A stretch of DNA of 64,000 nucleotides. It comes from a bacterium. Lineage in GTDB: Bacteria; UBA8248. The stretch is taken from assembly GCA_965219955.1 (NCBI GenBank), contig OZ244799.1:2976001-3040000 (forward strand), written 5' to 3'. This document shows positions 20,337-30,585 of this stretch, piece by piece; position 1 is the first letter of the stretch, and the number at the start of each line of letters is the position of its first letter. The notes below the pieces were generated by a model. It was not told the DNA's origin. It did not search any database and saw only the letters and a list, made by a program, of their open reading frames with translations. The position numbers and the translations under genes are program-made.

Positions 20337-20681
20337 CTACGTCGCGTCCGGCGGGACGAACGGTTCGAGGAGGGCGATTAAACCCGGCAAGTCTTCCTGC
20401 ACTGTCCGCCATACGATATCAAGGTTTACGTCGAAATACGCATGAATGAGCCGATTGCGCATGCTGATGATTTCATCCCACGGGATGGCGGGCAATTGCT
20501 CGCGGGCGGTATCAGACATACGGGTCGCCGCTTCTCCCAAGATCGCGATATCCATAACCAACGATAAGACCAACTGGCGATCCGTGTTCAAATCGTTTCG
20601 CGTTCGGCCATGCGCAAACGACACCGCCTCTTGCGCTGCGTCCATCATGTGCCGCAGACGAATTTCATCCTCCCTGCGCAT
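20337..20681 (-). CDS. HEPN (DUF86, HepT-like) ribonuclease toxin
   Basis: [23 protein letters not shown] (RX4H motif), DIVW. Confidence 0.92.
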   Translation of the reverse strand: MRREDEIRLRHMMDAAQEAVSFAHGRTRNDLNTDRQLVLSLVMDIAILGEAATRMSDTAREQLPAIPWDEIISMRNRLIHAYFDVNLDIVWRTVQEDLPGLIALLEPFVPPDAT

Positions 20682-20973
20682 ACTGGACTTCCGCTGCGTC
20701 GAGAACATCCTGCCGAAAATAGCGGCTCAAATCCTCAGGTGTACGCAAGTCCACCTTCCGCCCGCCGAACAGGTCCGACAGTTCCCGCTCCATGCCGGCC
20801 ACGCCCAGGAGTCCCGGCGTGCGGCCCAGCTCGAACTCGACCAGCACGTCGACGTCGCTCTCGGGTCCGAAGTCCTCGCGCAACGCCGAGCCGAAGACGG
20901 CGAACCGCTTCACGCCGTGAGCCCGGCAAAACGCGGCGAGCCGCTCTTTGGAGATGGAAATGTTCCGGTTCAT
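20665..20973 (-). CDS. MNT nucleotidyltransferase antitoxin (MntA-like)
   Basis: [28 protein letters not shown]; overlaps the HEPN gene. Confidence 0.92.
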   Translation of the reverse strand: MNRNISISKERLAAFCRAHGVKRFAVFGSALREDFGPESDVDVLVEFELGRTPGLLGVAGMERELSDLFGGRKVDLRTPEDLSRYFRQDVLDAAEVQYAQGG

Positions 20974-21058
20974 TCTCTCGACCTCATCGTACTGCGTTCT
21001 TGCTCGATGATAAGACAACCGCATGGGCGAGACAAACGGAATCAAACCCGACCGAGAA

Positions 21059-21380
21059 AGGGTTGTTGAAAAAGCCTCGATGAACGAGGAATGACGAATT
21101 ATGGCCGCGCTCGCCGAGGATGAAAATTTCAACCGTAGGGGCGGGCCTGCGTGCCCGCCCGTATCGGGTATGTATATGCCCATAAGAGGTCTCGGACAGG
21201 CACGGAGGCCTGTCCCTACGGCGAACAATCTTGAAGGTCGGATAGGGCTTTTTCAACAGCCCTAAAGCGGTGGGGGTACGATGGTTTCGTAGTGACAACC
21301 CCTCCTCGGGGTTGTCCCACGGTTCGCGAACCACCCCTACAGCCGTCATTCCGGAATTGCAGGGCTTTTTCAACAACCCC
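21059..21380. mobile_element. MITE-like element(s) with IS1182-type ends carrying GTAG-REP pairs
   Basis: GGGTTGTTGAAAAAG at about 21060; right ends at about 21262 and 21380; internal part closely similar to the 44670-44835 element. Confidence 0.7.
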
Positions 21381-21574
21381 GAGACGGGAGGGGTTGCCGG
21401 AGTTGAGAGCAGGCGCCGTTCGCGAACGTGGGCCGTTCACGAGAACGGCCCACTGTCCATCAACCCCGGGCACGCGCCAAAATATCACCCGCGAATTGAC
21501 AGCCCTCCCGGACCCTTTTATGTTCTGCGCGGTTATCGTATGCCGCCCTGCGGAAAACCAGAGGACTCAAATTC

Positions 21575-22057
21575 ATGCGCAAAACCTTCATCGCAACGAT
21601 CACGATTCTCGTATCCCTGCTGCTCATCGCCACGCCCGCTCTCGCCGACAAACACGCGCAAAAACGCGGCACGCCCGCCCAGGCGCAGGCCATGGTGGCG
21701 AAAGCCGTCGCCCTGTTCGAAGAGAAAGGCCTGAAAGCGGCTTTCGACCGCTTCACCAACCGTCCGGGCGCGGAATTCAACCACCTGGACCTCTACATTT
21801 TCGTGCTCAAGGATGCGGAGGGCGCGCGCATCGTCGCCCACGCCCAGACCCGCTCGATCATCGGCACGAACGCCTCGACGCTCATCGACCCGGGCGGCCT
21901 CAACATCGGCCGCGCCATTCTCGATAAGGCCACGGCAAAGGGCGCATGGGTCGATTACGGCTGGAAAGACCCCCTCACGGGCAAGGTCGTGCCCAAGTCC
22001 TCGTGGGCCGTCCGCCACAAGGGATTCATCTTCGGCTGCGGCATCCACAAGCCGTGA
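21575..22057 (+). CDS. Secreted single Cache-domain protein
   Basis: Signal peptide, GTPAQAQAMVAKA, DLYIFV, WVDYGWKDP.TGK...K, FGCG. Confidence 0.85.
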   Translation: MRKTFIATITILVSLLLIATPALADKHAQKRGTPAQAQAMVAKAVALFEEKGLKAAFDRFTNRPGAEFNHLDLYIFVLKDAEGARIVAHAQTRSIIGTNASTLIDPGGLNIGRAILDKATAKGAWVDYGWKDPLTGKVVPKSSWAVRHKGFIFGCGIHKP

Positions 22058-22075
22058 GTCTGGCCCGGCCAAGGG

Positions 22076-22559
22076 GGAGGGTTGTTGAAAAAGTCCCGTG
22101 AAGTGATTTTAGTTGAGCGCAAGTTTTTGAAGTTCACTCCCCCCTTGAGGGGGTTGTTGAAAAAGCCCCGTATGCGTCCCCGAAAAACCGCCAACGCCTC
22201 TTTCCTCACCCTGAGTAGCCGCCGAAGGCGGCGTATCGAAGGGCGAGGGGCTCGCACCGGAACGAGAAGGCATCCTTCGATACGCGGCTCCGCCGCTACT
22301 CAGGATGAGGCGGTGCGGTTTTGTTCGTCATTCCGGTGTCGAACCCGACCAATGCGGGAGGGTTCGACGGAATCCAGAACCGACGAGGGCGACGATGCGG
22401 CGGCTTTTCTTTTTTTCGATGGAGCGGGAACGGACGCCCGAGAACGAAAAGGCAAAAGGCGTAAAAATGGATTCCGGCTTTAGCCGGAATGACGGCAACC
22501 CTGGCATCGGAGGGGTTTTTCAACAGATCCTTGTCGGGGGGGCTTGTTCAACAACCTCC
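22076..22559. mobile_element. Nested MITE-like mosaic
   Basis: Two left ends (about 22078, 22150) and two right ends (about 22530, 22559) enclosing CTCAGGATGAG- and GTCATTCCGG-type palindromes. Confidence 0.65.
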
Positions 22560-22772
22560 GAGGAGTCGCACGGAGGCCTGTCCCTACGCGACTGCAGAAG
22601 AAGAATTTGCCGGAATCCGGCAGGGGGACGTTCGCGAACGTGGGCGGTTCACAAGAACGGCCCACTACAGATCAAACTCGACCAGGACGGGAAATCGGCT
22701 TCCAGGCAGCGCGGCCAAAACCCCTCATCGGCCAAGCGCAGCCACTCCTTCTTCAGTTCAGTCAGGGCCGAT

Positions 22773-24155
22773 CTAGAACTGCCGCACGAAGCGCAGTTCG
22801 GCGCGGGTGCGCTTGTAGTCGTAGAGCTGGGCGTTGGACTCGCGCTCCTCGTTCACCACGATGAGCTGGGGGCTGAAGCCGAAAGTCGTAAAAGCCCGGT
22901 TGAATATGGAAACGCTGAAGATGCGCACATCGTCCACGCGCGATGAGTTGTCGGAGACAAATGGAAACCAGTTGCCCTGATAATCCGTCGTGCGAAGCTC
23001 CGCGTTGCCTCCCACGGTGAAGCCGAAGGGGAGAGCGATCGAGGCGCCCAGGCGTCCCCACCGGCTGCGGTTGCGCCAGGTGCGGGATTCGGGATTCTCG
23101 GCCGCGTAGCCGAACCCGCCCCGGATCTGGAGCGTCGGCGTGAGCACCCACGAACCCACCAGCGCGAGATCCAGATGCGAGCCTTCGAAATGCTTGTCGC
23201 GCTCATAGTCGCGCTCGTGCAGGGAGGCGCGCCCGCTCAGCCGGATGCGGCGCGTGAGGCGGTGTTCGACCTCGAAGCGCCCGCCGAACTCGTGGCTGTG
23301 GACGAAGCCGCCGCTTCTGCGCTGGCGCACGCTGGCGAGCATGCTCATTTCGGTGTTGGGGCTTATCCACCAGCGCGGCCCGGCGTGGAAGGAGATCGTC
23401 ATTTGATCGAAGCGGCTCTCCTCGTATTCCCTGCGTGAGATGTCCGTCCCCATGCGCAGGCGCAGGCGCTGGCCCAGGGGATGCTGGTACTCCCACCCGC
23501 CCCAGAAAACGAAACCGAGGCCCGAGTTTTCGCCCTCGAAATTGTTGCGGCGGAAGGGCAGATCGTAGATGTAGATGATTTCCGAATCCGACACCGCGCC
23601 GATGTTCGTATCCGGCGCTATGGAGAAGCCGAAATGCGCGCTCCAGCGCCTGCGCGCGCGCATGATGCGCAGGAAGCGGTTGATGTTGGCGACCATCGCC
23701 TTGGGGGGCTTTCCGGCGAGGACGCGATCGAAATGCCGGCGCGAGAGATCGTCCTCATTTTTGTAGAAGAACGCCCGAGCGAGTTCGAGCCGCACGCGCA
23801 CGAGGGCGGGCTTCTCGATGAGGATGACCCTGAGCGCGGAGACGGCTGCATCGAGAAGCGCCGTCCTCTCCTTCGCCTTCGCCGGAGGCAGGCGCCTGGA
23901 AGCCTCGATGGCCGAAAGGCCGTAGAGGAAGAGCACGTCCGTCCTGTCGGCGCGGCCCTTCGACTCTCTGGCGATGGGGCCCAGAAGTTTCAGCGCTTCG
24001 AAATAGCGGCGCTGCTTGACCAGCCCGCGCGCGGCCCGGACCTTCGGGTCACTGGAAAGGTGAGACTCCGAGGGCGCGGCGACGGCGTCCCCCGCCGTGA
24101 GGTGCGCAGGCGCAAGAAGCATCATGCAGACGATGAACAGAATGGATTTTTTCAT
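22773..24155 (-). CDS. Surface lipoprotein assembly modulator (Slam; TPR plus DUF560-type beta-barrel)
   Basis: Signal peptide, RVRLELARAFF TPR motif, APDTNI, beta-barrel ending SNAQLYDYKRTRAELRFVRQF with terminal Phe. Confidence 0.85.
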   Translation of the reverse strand: MKKSILFIVCMMLLAPAHLTAGDAVAAPSESHLSSDPKVRAARGLVKQRRYFEALKLLGPIARESKGRADRTDVLFLYGLSAIEASRRLPPAKAKERTALLDAAVSALRVILIEKPALVRVRLELARAFFYKNEDDLSRRHFDRVLAGKPPKAMVANINRFLRIMRARRRWSAHFGFSIAPDTNIGAVSDSEIIYIYDLPFRRNNFEGENSGLGFVFWGGWEYQHPLGQRLRLRMGTDISRREYEESRFDQMTISFHAGPRWWISPNTEMSMLASVRQRRSGGFVHSHEFGGRFEVEHRLTRRIRLSGRASLHERDYERDKHFEGSHLDLALVGSWVLTPTLQIRGGFGYAAENPESRTWRNRSRWGRLGASIALPFGFTVGGNAELRTTDYQGNWFPFVSDNSSRVDDVRIFSVSIFNRAFTTFGFSPQLIVVNEERESNAQLYDYKRTRAELRFVRQF

Positions 24156-24357
24156 GATTTGCGGCGTGAGACGAGCGCGTCCGCTTCTCGTCCGCTACCT
24201 CCTTTGGCGACGAAGTTCGCGATTGCGCCGCCCGGGCGAGGAGGACCCCATCCGAACGGACGATGCCGAAGTCTGCTATATCGGCCCCCTAAAATCAACT
24301 CCTCCGCCTCCTGGCTCGAAACCAGCCCCCCTACTCCCCCTTAACAGCGGAGTAAGA

Positions 24358-24771
24358 TCAAAGCCCCCTTGACAAGGGGGGTTGGGGGGTTCGACAAGTA
24401 GGGCTGAGGGTTCGCATATCCGAAACGCGCTTCAACAAATCGACGTACACACCATCGACGCGATTCATGACCTCGGCGTCGGCGTATCGGACGACCTCGA
24501 CGCCCAGCGCGTTCAGCCTGCGCGTCCTGACTTCATCACATCGCTTGCGACCGACGTGGTTGTCGCCGTCTATCTCAACCGCGAGCATCAGTTCGGCGCA
24601 GTAGAAATCGACGATGTAGCGATCCAGCGGCTTTTGACGAGTGAACTTCAACCCGGATAACTGCCTGCTGCGCAAAACTTCGAACCATAGCTTCTTCTCC
24701 GCCGGGGTAGGGTTCCTGCGGTTTTCCCGCGCCTTTTCGGTCAACGCCTCATCGTATGGAACGTAGCCCAT
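24358..24771 (-). CDS. DUF559 (Vsr-like PD-(D/E)XK) endonuclease domain protein
   Basis: ARENRRNPTPAEKKLW, KFTRQKP..YIVDFYC....AVEIDG..H. Confidence 0.88.
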   Translation of the reverse strand: MGYVPYDEALTEKARENRRNPTPAEKKLWFEVLRSRQLSGLKFTRQKPLDRYIVDFYCAELMLAVEIDGDNHVGRKRCDEVRTRRLNALGVEVVRYADAEVMNRVDGVYVDLLKRVSDMRTLSPTCRTPQPPLSRGL

Positions 24772-24855
24772 CGCGACGCTCTTTCTCAAGAAATCGCCCT
24801 CCTCTCGACTGAATACTACTCCCCCTCCGGCCCCCTGACAGAAACCCCCCAATCC

Positions 24856-24961
24856 CCCCTTGTCGGGGGTCAAACGCGAGTGAGGAACGAGCGTTTGCAT
24901 AAGCCATTGACGAGAAACACATCGTCTTGCAAAACCTCCCTCTTCGGTCGGTTTTGACCCC
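24856..24961. repeat. About 105-bp MITE-like element with GGGGTCAAA/TTTGACCCC ends; second copy inverted at about 30271-30366
   Basis: Near-identical reverse-complement copies; both give EGGFARRCVSRQWLMQTLV in the ORF track. Confidence 0.8.
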
Positions 24962-25090
24962 TGACAGGGGGGGGTGGGGATTCGGAGCGAGGCGAAAAGA
25001 GGGCGGCCGTTCGGCCGCCCTCCCACGGCTGCGCATTGCTTCGCCCCCGAAGGCGGGGGCATGTACCAACTTGCTTGCGCTATGCCGGCG

Positions 25091-26713
25091 CTACTCCATC
25101 ATCTTCCTTGCGCCGAAGGCGCCGGCCACGGAGCCGTCCGTGAACCCGGCGTTGAACTCGCCGACCACGGAACCGGGCTGGGGAATGTTGCCGTCGGTGT
25201 CTGCCGCCACGCTCCCATGGAAGGTCGCGCTGAACGAGCCGTCACCATCTCCACCCTTGGCCGTGCCGGACGCGATTCCTGTAGTAGGAACAATCGTTCC
25301 GGCTACAGCCACGCTCCACATGTTGTCCTCACCCCCGGACAGCATGAAGTTGTCGATGGTTCCACTGACGGTGTTGAGCAAGTTGGGCGCGATCGTGCCC
25401 GTGGCGTCGGTAGCGGAAACCGGCACCTGCCCGAAGATCGCCATCAGGCGGACGTCCGCCCTGAAGTGGCCGGAGGTGGCCATGTTGATCGTGCGGTCGG
25501 GGTTGTACACGTTTTTCACGTACACGCCGGTCGCGCCGCCTTCGTATGTCGCTTGTCCCAGAACAGTGCTGACGTTACCGCTCGCGTCAACGCTCGAGCC
25601 CGCGAAGGTCTCGACCTCGTTGTAGGTGATCGCGCCGTTTGCCGCCGTCGTCTTCTTCAGCCAGAAACCGTGGTGCAGATAGTCGCCATCCCCCACGTCG
25701 ACCGTTGCGCCTTCGGCGGGAATGAAAATCCAGTCGTTGTCAGCCGAAACGGCGCTCACCACACCCATGGCATTCACCGTGACGGCGCAGCCAGAAGCAC
25801 CAGCAGCGTTGCATTTGAACGTTCCCATTGCGCCGTTGAACGTACCCATGATTTCGGCGGCATCCCTGCTTTCATCCGTATCTGTTGTGCTAGGGTCGTC
25901 TGCTACCGCCTGCTGGAAACTGAGGGTGGTGGTTCCAGTGGTGCCGGACGGAGCCGTGAATGCACCTGCCTTGACCATTCCGATGTTGCCTTCCACTATT
26001 TGAAGAGCATCATTCGGCATGTTATCGGTCGCCGTTTCTCCGTCTACCCTGACATCGAGCGTGTGCACCATCCCAAACGCCGTGGGCGTGGGGTCTTCGA
26101 TGTCGGTGCTGACGACCACGACTTCTTCCACCACGTTACCGTCGTCATCCGCCGCCAGCGCGCGCGCGTGCATGGTGGTTCCGCCGCCCAGATCCATGGC
26201 CTGAATGAATTTGGGATCGTCTTCACCATCCAGCGCAGAGTCGGTGATCTCGACCGTCTGGTCCGCCGGATCGATCGTCAGCGTATAGGTGGCAACCGCG
26301 CCAGTCAGGTTGCCGCCGGCATCAAACGTAGAACCGCCGAGGCCGCCGTCGTTCGTCCCCGTCTCCGCGGCTTCAGTCGCGATGGCCATCTCTTTCGTCC
26401 CGGCCGCTTTCGTCGCCGCGGCTACTGCAGCCATGCGTTCCTCCTCGAGCATTTCTGCCGAGACGCACATATCGCCCCTATACTCGCCGCCTTCCGCCTC
26501 ACAGACCTCTTGCGGAGTCATGCAGTTCGGATACGTACCGGATGTGCCCGCCGGACATTCCATCGGCGTCGGGTCCGGCGGCGTCGTCGCCGTGCCGCCG
26601 CCACTGCCGCCGCAACCCGCCAGGGTCACCGCGAGCAGGAGCGCCATTCCAAACACATACAACTTGTTGATGGGTGTTTTTACGCAGAACAACATAGAGT
26701 GAGTCCTCCTCAT
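25091..26713 (-). CDS. Surface lipoprotein with TbpB-like C-terminal barrel (Slam substrate candidate)
   Basis: Lipobox LAGC followed by a Gly/Thr/Pro linker; ATYEGGATGVY; C-terminal GEFNAGFTDGSVAGAFGAR; upstream of Slam. Confidence 0.8.
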   Translation of the reverse strand: MRRTHSMLFCVKTPINKLYVFGMALLLAVTLAGCGGSGGGTATTPPDPTPMECPAGTSGTYPNCMTPQEVCEAEGGEYRGDMCVSAEMLEEERMAAVAAATKAAGTKEMAIATEAAETGTNDGGLGGSTFDAGGNLTGAVATYTLTIDPADQTVEITDSALDGEDDPKFIQAMDLGGGTTMHARALAADDDGNVVEEVVVVSTDIEDPTPTAFGMVHTLDVRVDGETATDNMPNDALQIVEGNIGMVKAGAFTAPSGTTGTTTLSFQQAVADDPSTTDTDESRDAAEIMGTFNGAMGTFKCNAAGASGCAVTVNAMGVVSAVSADNDWIFIPAEGATVDVGDGDYLHHGFWLKKTTAANGAITYNEVETFAGSSVDASGNVSTVLGQATYEGGATGVYVKNVYNPDRTINMATSGHFRADVRLMAIFGQVPVSATDATGTIAPNLLNTVSGTIDNFMLSGGEDNMWSVAVAGTIVPTTGIASGTAKGGDGDGSFSATFHGSVAADTDGNIPQPGSVVGEFNAGFTDGSVAGAFGARKMME

Positions 26714-27060
26714 CGTCGTGATAAGGCCTCCATGAGAAGGCCCCCGTATGAGGCCTCCTGAAAGAAGACCTCCCGTGTGAAACTAGAGAATCAAATCGCC
26801 GCCTTTCTGATCATAGAGTCAGAATCCACCTTGGCCCCGATGGCCATGCGAACGGAAAAATCATCCGAAAACATACAGTTTGCCGGTGGGTGTTTTGGTG
26901 CAGAACGACATTTGGCGCGCAACAGCATTGAGTGAGTCCTCCGCATCGTCGTGACAAGGCCTCCATGAGAAGGCCTCCCGTGGTGCTGTAAAATCAAACT
27001 ACCATCTTTTTGACCATGGAGTCAAAGTCTGTTTCGACCCCTATGCCATGTTACCGGAAC
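26649..27060. repeat. Degenerate tandem duplication (about 210 bp) of the lipoprotein 5' end and upstream region
   Basis: GAGTGAGTCCTCC.CATCGTCGTGA.AAGGCCTCCATGAGAAGGCC occurs at about 26697 and 26929; both copies encode MRRTHSML. Confidence 0.8.
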
Positions 27061-27489
27061 TGCCTGAGCGGAACGTGAAACGTATCAAGCCTCCTACAGC
27101 CATATCCGATATGCAACCTCCTTTCTCCTGACTTCCCGACTTTCCGGTGTTCTCCGACTCTCATGATCACGTTGCCCGAAACCACTCTCGCGAAAGCGTT
27201 TCGCGCGGAAGTTCACCTCGCAACAGAATCATGAAATCCCCTTTGATTTACCACATCCGCCTCGCGCGTTCAAGCCTATTTTTACCTATCATTCACATAC
27301 GGGATGAGAGTGGCGAGACAAAAACGATACATGCCGGAGCACTCCCGTTCCTGAAAGGAGGGACAATTCGAAATCCGCATCTTCGCGCGTCTTTTGTTTC
27401 GTGATTGCCTCGCGCGTTAATGATATAGTTTCCCGACGCGATATATAACGATGGTCATGCAGCGCCCTGCGGCGCAAACGGAGAACCCG

Positions 27490-28266
27490 ATGGACAATTC
27501 CGAATATGAGAAGAAACTGAATCAATACCTGCGCCTCGCCTCGTTTCCCGTCGCGGTGAAGTTCCTGGAATCATGGGAAGAAGTTCCCCCGAGGACGAAG
27601 CGTCCCAGGGAGCACCTGGGAAATCAATTCACCACCTGCCAGGCGGTCTCCATGGCGCGGCGCTACGGTTGGGCGCTCGCGCTGGGCCGCGAGGACAGCA
27701 GCTGCGTGCTGGGCGCAATGGCGCTCGGCCTCGAAAAACGCCTGCCGCACTACACCGAGGGCAACCTGTGCATCGACCTCTACACGGAGAATCTCGAAGC
27801 CGGCCGCCTGAGCGAGGAGAGCGTACCCCGGCTTCCCGAGGGGAAATACGTGGGCGTGCTCGTCGCGCCGCTCCACCGCGCGGCGTTCGAGCCGGACTCC
27901 ATCGTCATCTACGGGAACGGAGCGCAGATCATGCGGCTGGGCCAGGCGTGGCTCTGGAAGCGCGGCGGGACGCTCGAGAGCGCGTTTCGCGGCAGAATCG
28001 ACTGCGCCGATCTGGCCATCGCGCCGCATACGACGGGAGAGCCGCAGATGGTCGTGCCCTGCACGGGAGACAGGATTTTCGGGCAGGTGCAGGACCACGA
28101 GGTGGCGTTTTCGTTTCCCTTCTCGGCGACCGGGGAAATCCTCGAAGGCCTCGAGGCGACTCATAAAGCGGGGGCGGCTCGCTACCCGGTGACGAACTGG
28201 CTGAATTACTCGGGCGGCTTTCCGCCCTCGTACGAGCAATACCGCGATATGCTGGAGGAGGAGTGA
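27490..28266 (+). CDS. DUF169 domain protein
   Basis: LRLASFPVAVKF, CQAVSMAR, C..G..ALG, PDSIVIYGN..Q.MRL, VPCTGDR. Confidence 0.85.
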   Translation: MDNSEYEKKLNQYLRLASFPVAVKFLESWEEVPPRTKRPREHLGNQFTTCQAVSMARRYGWALALGREDSSCVLGAMALGLEKRLPHYTEGNLCIDLYTENLEAGRLSEESVPRLPEGKYVGVLVAPLHRAAFEPDSIVIYGNGAQIMRLGQAWLWKRGGTLESAFRGRIDCADLAIAPHTTGEPQMVVPCTGDRIFGQVQDHEVAFSFPFSATGEILEGLEATHKAGAARYPVTNWLNYSGGFPPSYEQYRDMLEEE

Positions 28267-28319
28267 TAGCCCCGAGAACCCTCCCGCATACCGCATAGGT
28301 CGGCGAGCGCTCCTTGTTC

Positions 28320-28478
28320 TGGGCTGTTGGTAAAGTCCGAGGAGAGAGGAATCACTCCCCCCTTGAGGGTCTGGCTTCCCGAGGGGAAAGCCAGACCCTC
28401 AAGGGGGGAGTGATTTGAAACTCTCTTTGATGGAGAGAGCGCCAGAGATAACGCACGCTGGCTTTTTCAACAACCCCT
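28320..28478. mobile_element. MITE-like element with a long internal hairpin (about 28350-28414)
   Basis: GGGCTGTTGGTAAAG ... TTTTTCAACAACCCC; internal AATCACTCCCCCCTTGAGGGTCTGGC...GCCAGACCCTCAAGGGGGGAGTGATT. Confidence 0.6.
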
Positions 28479-28494
28479 CTTCAGTCGGGTTCGA

Positions 28495-28587
28495 CCGGTG
28501 ACGGACCGGCTCAACCACTCGGGAGGGCTTCCGCCATCGTATGAGAATCACAGGGAGAGGCCGGAGGAGGAAATCAAGCCCGACTGA
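28495..28587 (+). pseudogene. Diverged duplicate of the DUF169 gene 3' end
   Basis: PVTDRLNHSGGLPPSYENHRERPEEE aligns with PVTNWLNYSGGFPPSYEQYRDMLEEE of the upstream gene. Confidence 0.8.
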
Positions 28588-28710
28588 TGGATGAAGGACC
28601 ACCAGGGACAGTCGCGAACTGTCCCTGCCAGAACGCGTAGAGGCGGCCGGCCCCTGCGTTTTCTTCGTTTCAGAACAAAGACGAACAACAAGCAGGTGTT
28701 TCACCGGAGG

Positions 28711-29640
28711 ATGAAGATGGAAACGAAGGACCAGGGAAACGAGGGGAGCGTCAATCGTCTGCACCGCGCGGCGCTCATCAGCGAGACGGCGGTCGTCGTG
28801 GAATCGCTGCTCGCCGAGGGCGCGGGCGCGGACGCGAACGCGCGCGACGAGAAGGGACGCACGGCGCTCTACATCGCGGCGGCGTTCAACGAGACGCCCG
28901 GCATTGTGGACACGCTGGTCAAGGCGGGCGCGGACGTGAACGCCCCGGACAACCTCGGCGCGACGCCCCTGCACGCGGCGGCGCGGCACGCCCCGGCGCC
29001 CGAGGTCGTGCAGGAGTTGCTCGACGCCGGAGCGGACCACGGGGCCGCGGACAAGTACGGACGCACGCCCTTGCATGTCGCCGCGCAAGGGGAGAGGCCC
29101 GCCGTGGTGAAGGCGCTCATCGGCGGCGGGGCGGAGGTCGACTCGCGCGATCAATACCAACGCACGCCCTTGCACCTCGCGGCGGCGTTCAACGAGATCC
29201 CGGGCGTCGTGAAAACCCTGGTGGACAGGAAAGCGGACGTGAACGCCCGCGACGAGAACGGCGGCCCTCCCCTGCATGCGGCGGCGCGGCACGCCTTGAC
29301 GCCCGAGAAGACGGAGACGCTGCTCGCCGCCGGGGCGGACCCCCGGATCAGCGATAAATACGGACGCACGGCCCTGCACTTCGCGGCGCAGGGTGATTCG
29401 CCCACGATCGTGAGCATCCTGATCGAGGCGGGCGCGGAACTCCACGCGCGCGACGCGCGAGGGGGCTGGACGCCGCTCCATCTGGCGACGTGGGTTTGCA
29501 AGACGCCCGCCGTCGTCGCCACCCTCCTCGACGCGGGCGCGAACACCGGGGTGCGCGACGAAGACGGCAAGACGCCCTGTGACTTCGCCGAGAAGAACGT
29601 CTTTCTCAGAGACGATGCGGTCCATGCGCGATTCAAATAG
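28711..29640 (+). CDS. Ankyrin repeat protein
   Basis: About 8 repeats of G.TPLH.AA...V..L..AGAD.NARD; GGAGG RBS before the ATG at 28711. Confidence 0.92.
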   Translation: MKMETKDQGNEGSVNRLHRAALISETAVVVESLLAEGAGADANARDEKGRTALYIAAAFNETPGIVDTLVKAGADVNAPDNLGATPLHAAARHAPAPEVVQELLDAGADHGAADKYGRTPLHVAAQGERPAVVKALIGGGAEVDSRDQYQRTPLHLAAAFNEIPGVVKTLVDRKADVNARDENGGPPLHAAARHALTPEKTETLLAAGADPRISDKYGRTALHFAAQGDSPTIVSILIEAGAELHARDARGGWTPLHLATWVCKTPAVVATLLDAGANTGVRDEDGKTPCDFAEKNVFLRDDAVHARFK

Positions 29641-29775
29641 GGCCGATTCCGACCGGGGAGGGAGTCCGTAGGGACAGGCCTCCGTGCCTGTCCTTCTGAA
29701 TCGCAACCACGGGGGCCCGCCCCTACAGGTGAATGCGCTTTTGATCGTCATTTCGGTGTCGGAGCCGACCAAGGC

Positions 29776-30475
29776 GGGGTTGTTGGAAATGGCCGGATTT
29801 CGTGATTCGGCGCATGGAACCGACCGAGGAGGAATGAGACTTCACTCCCCCCTGTCAAGGGGTTGTTGAAAAAGGCTCCTTTCCGCTTCACCCTGAGTAG
29901 CGGCCCCTCGACTTCGCTCGGGACAAGTTCCGCCCCCACCTTCCTCATCCTGAGTAGGTGCCGAAGGCGGCGTATCGAAGGGCTTGTCCTGAGCCTGTCG
30001 AAGGGGCGCTCCCTCGATCTCCCTCGCCCTGAAAACCAACCCCCCTACCCCCCTTGTCGGGGCTGCCCCAAAAGTCCTCCCGAGGAAGGGAGGGCATCCC
30101 GAACATCGAATTGTTTACCGTAGGGACAGGCCTCCGTGCCTGTCCTGACGAAGGAGAACCACGGAGAGCAGGACAGGCACGGAGGCCAGGACAACCCTTT
30201 TGGGTTGTCCTGCTACAAAATCATCGCACCCCCCACCGCTTGAGAGGGCTTTTTCAACAGACCCTTGTCAGGGGTCAAAACCGACCGAAGAGGGAGGTTT
30301 TGCAAGACGATGTGTTTCTCGTCAATGGCTCATGCAAACGCTCGTTCATCACTCGCGTTTGACCCCTGACAAGGGGGGGTAGGGGGGGTGCCCTTCCAGT
30401 CGAGAGGGCATCCTTCGATACGGCGCTTGCGCGCCTACTCAGGATGAGGTGGATAGGCCTTTTTCAACAAACCCC
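29776..30475. mobile_element. Nested MITE/REP mosaic
   Basis: Left ends at about 29776 and 29859, right ends at about 30264 and 30475; contains palindromes of several families. Confidence 0.65.
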
Positions 30476-30585
30476 TCATTGGCCGGAATTGACCCGCATT
30501 CGCCGGAACGACGAACAAAAACCCAAGGCGGAAAGAAGATGAGGGGCGGGCGCGGCTGCCCGTCCATGCGGAGACGTACCGAAAT

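Noticed and set aside
12240-21000. Integron cassette array explaining the many TA islets
   Set aside because: No integrase and no attC-like sites seen; the islets are in mixed orientation and interspersed with housekeeping genes.
20984-22946. Short ORFs containing LLKK / FFN(N/S)P / SIRRLRRLLR
   Set aside because: These are translations of MITE ends and REP palindromes, not credible proteins; the same applies at 17.1, 29.7-30.4, 32.0, 35.8, 53.3 and 60.3 kb.
24190-24275. Possible relic C-terminus of a second Slam cargo (GGAIANFVAK)
   Set aside because: Similarity to GSVAGAFGAR is too short and weak to support.
27060-27440. Possible c-di-GMP or other riboswitch, or a small ORF after a strong AAAGGAGG on the minus strand
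   Set aside because: No consensus match and only a ~20-codon ORF; insufficient evidence.
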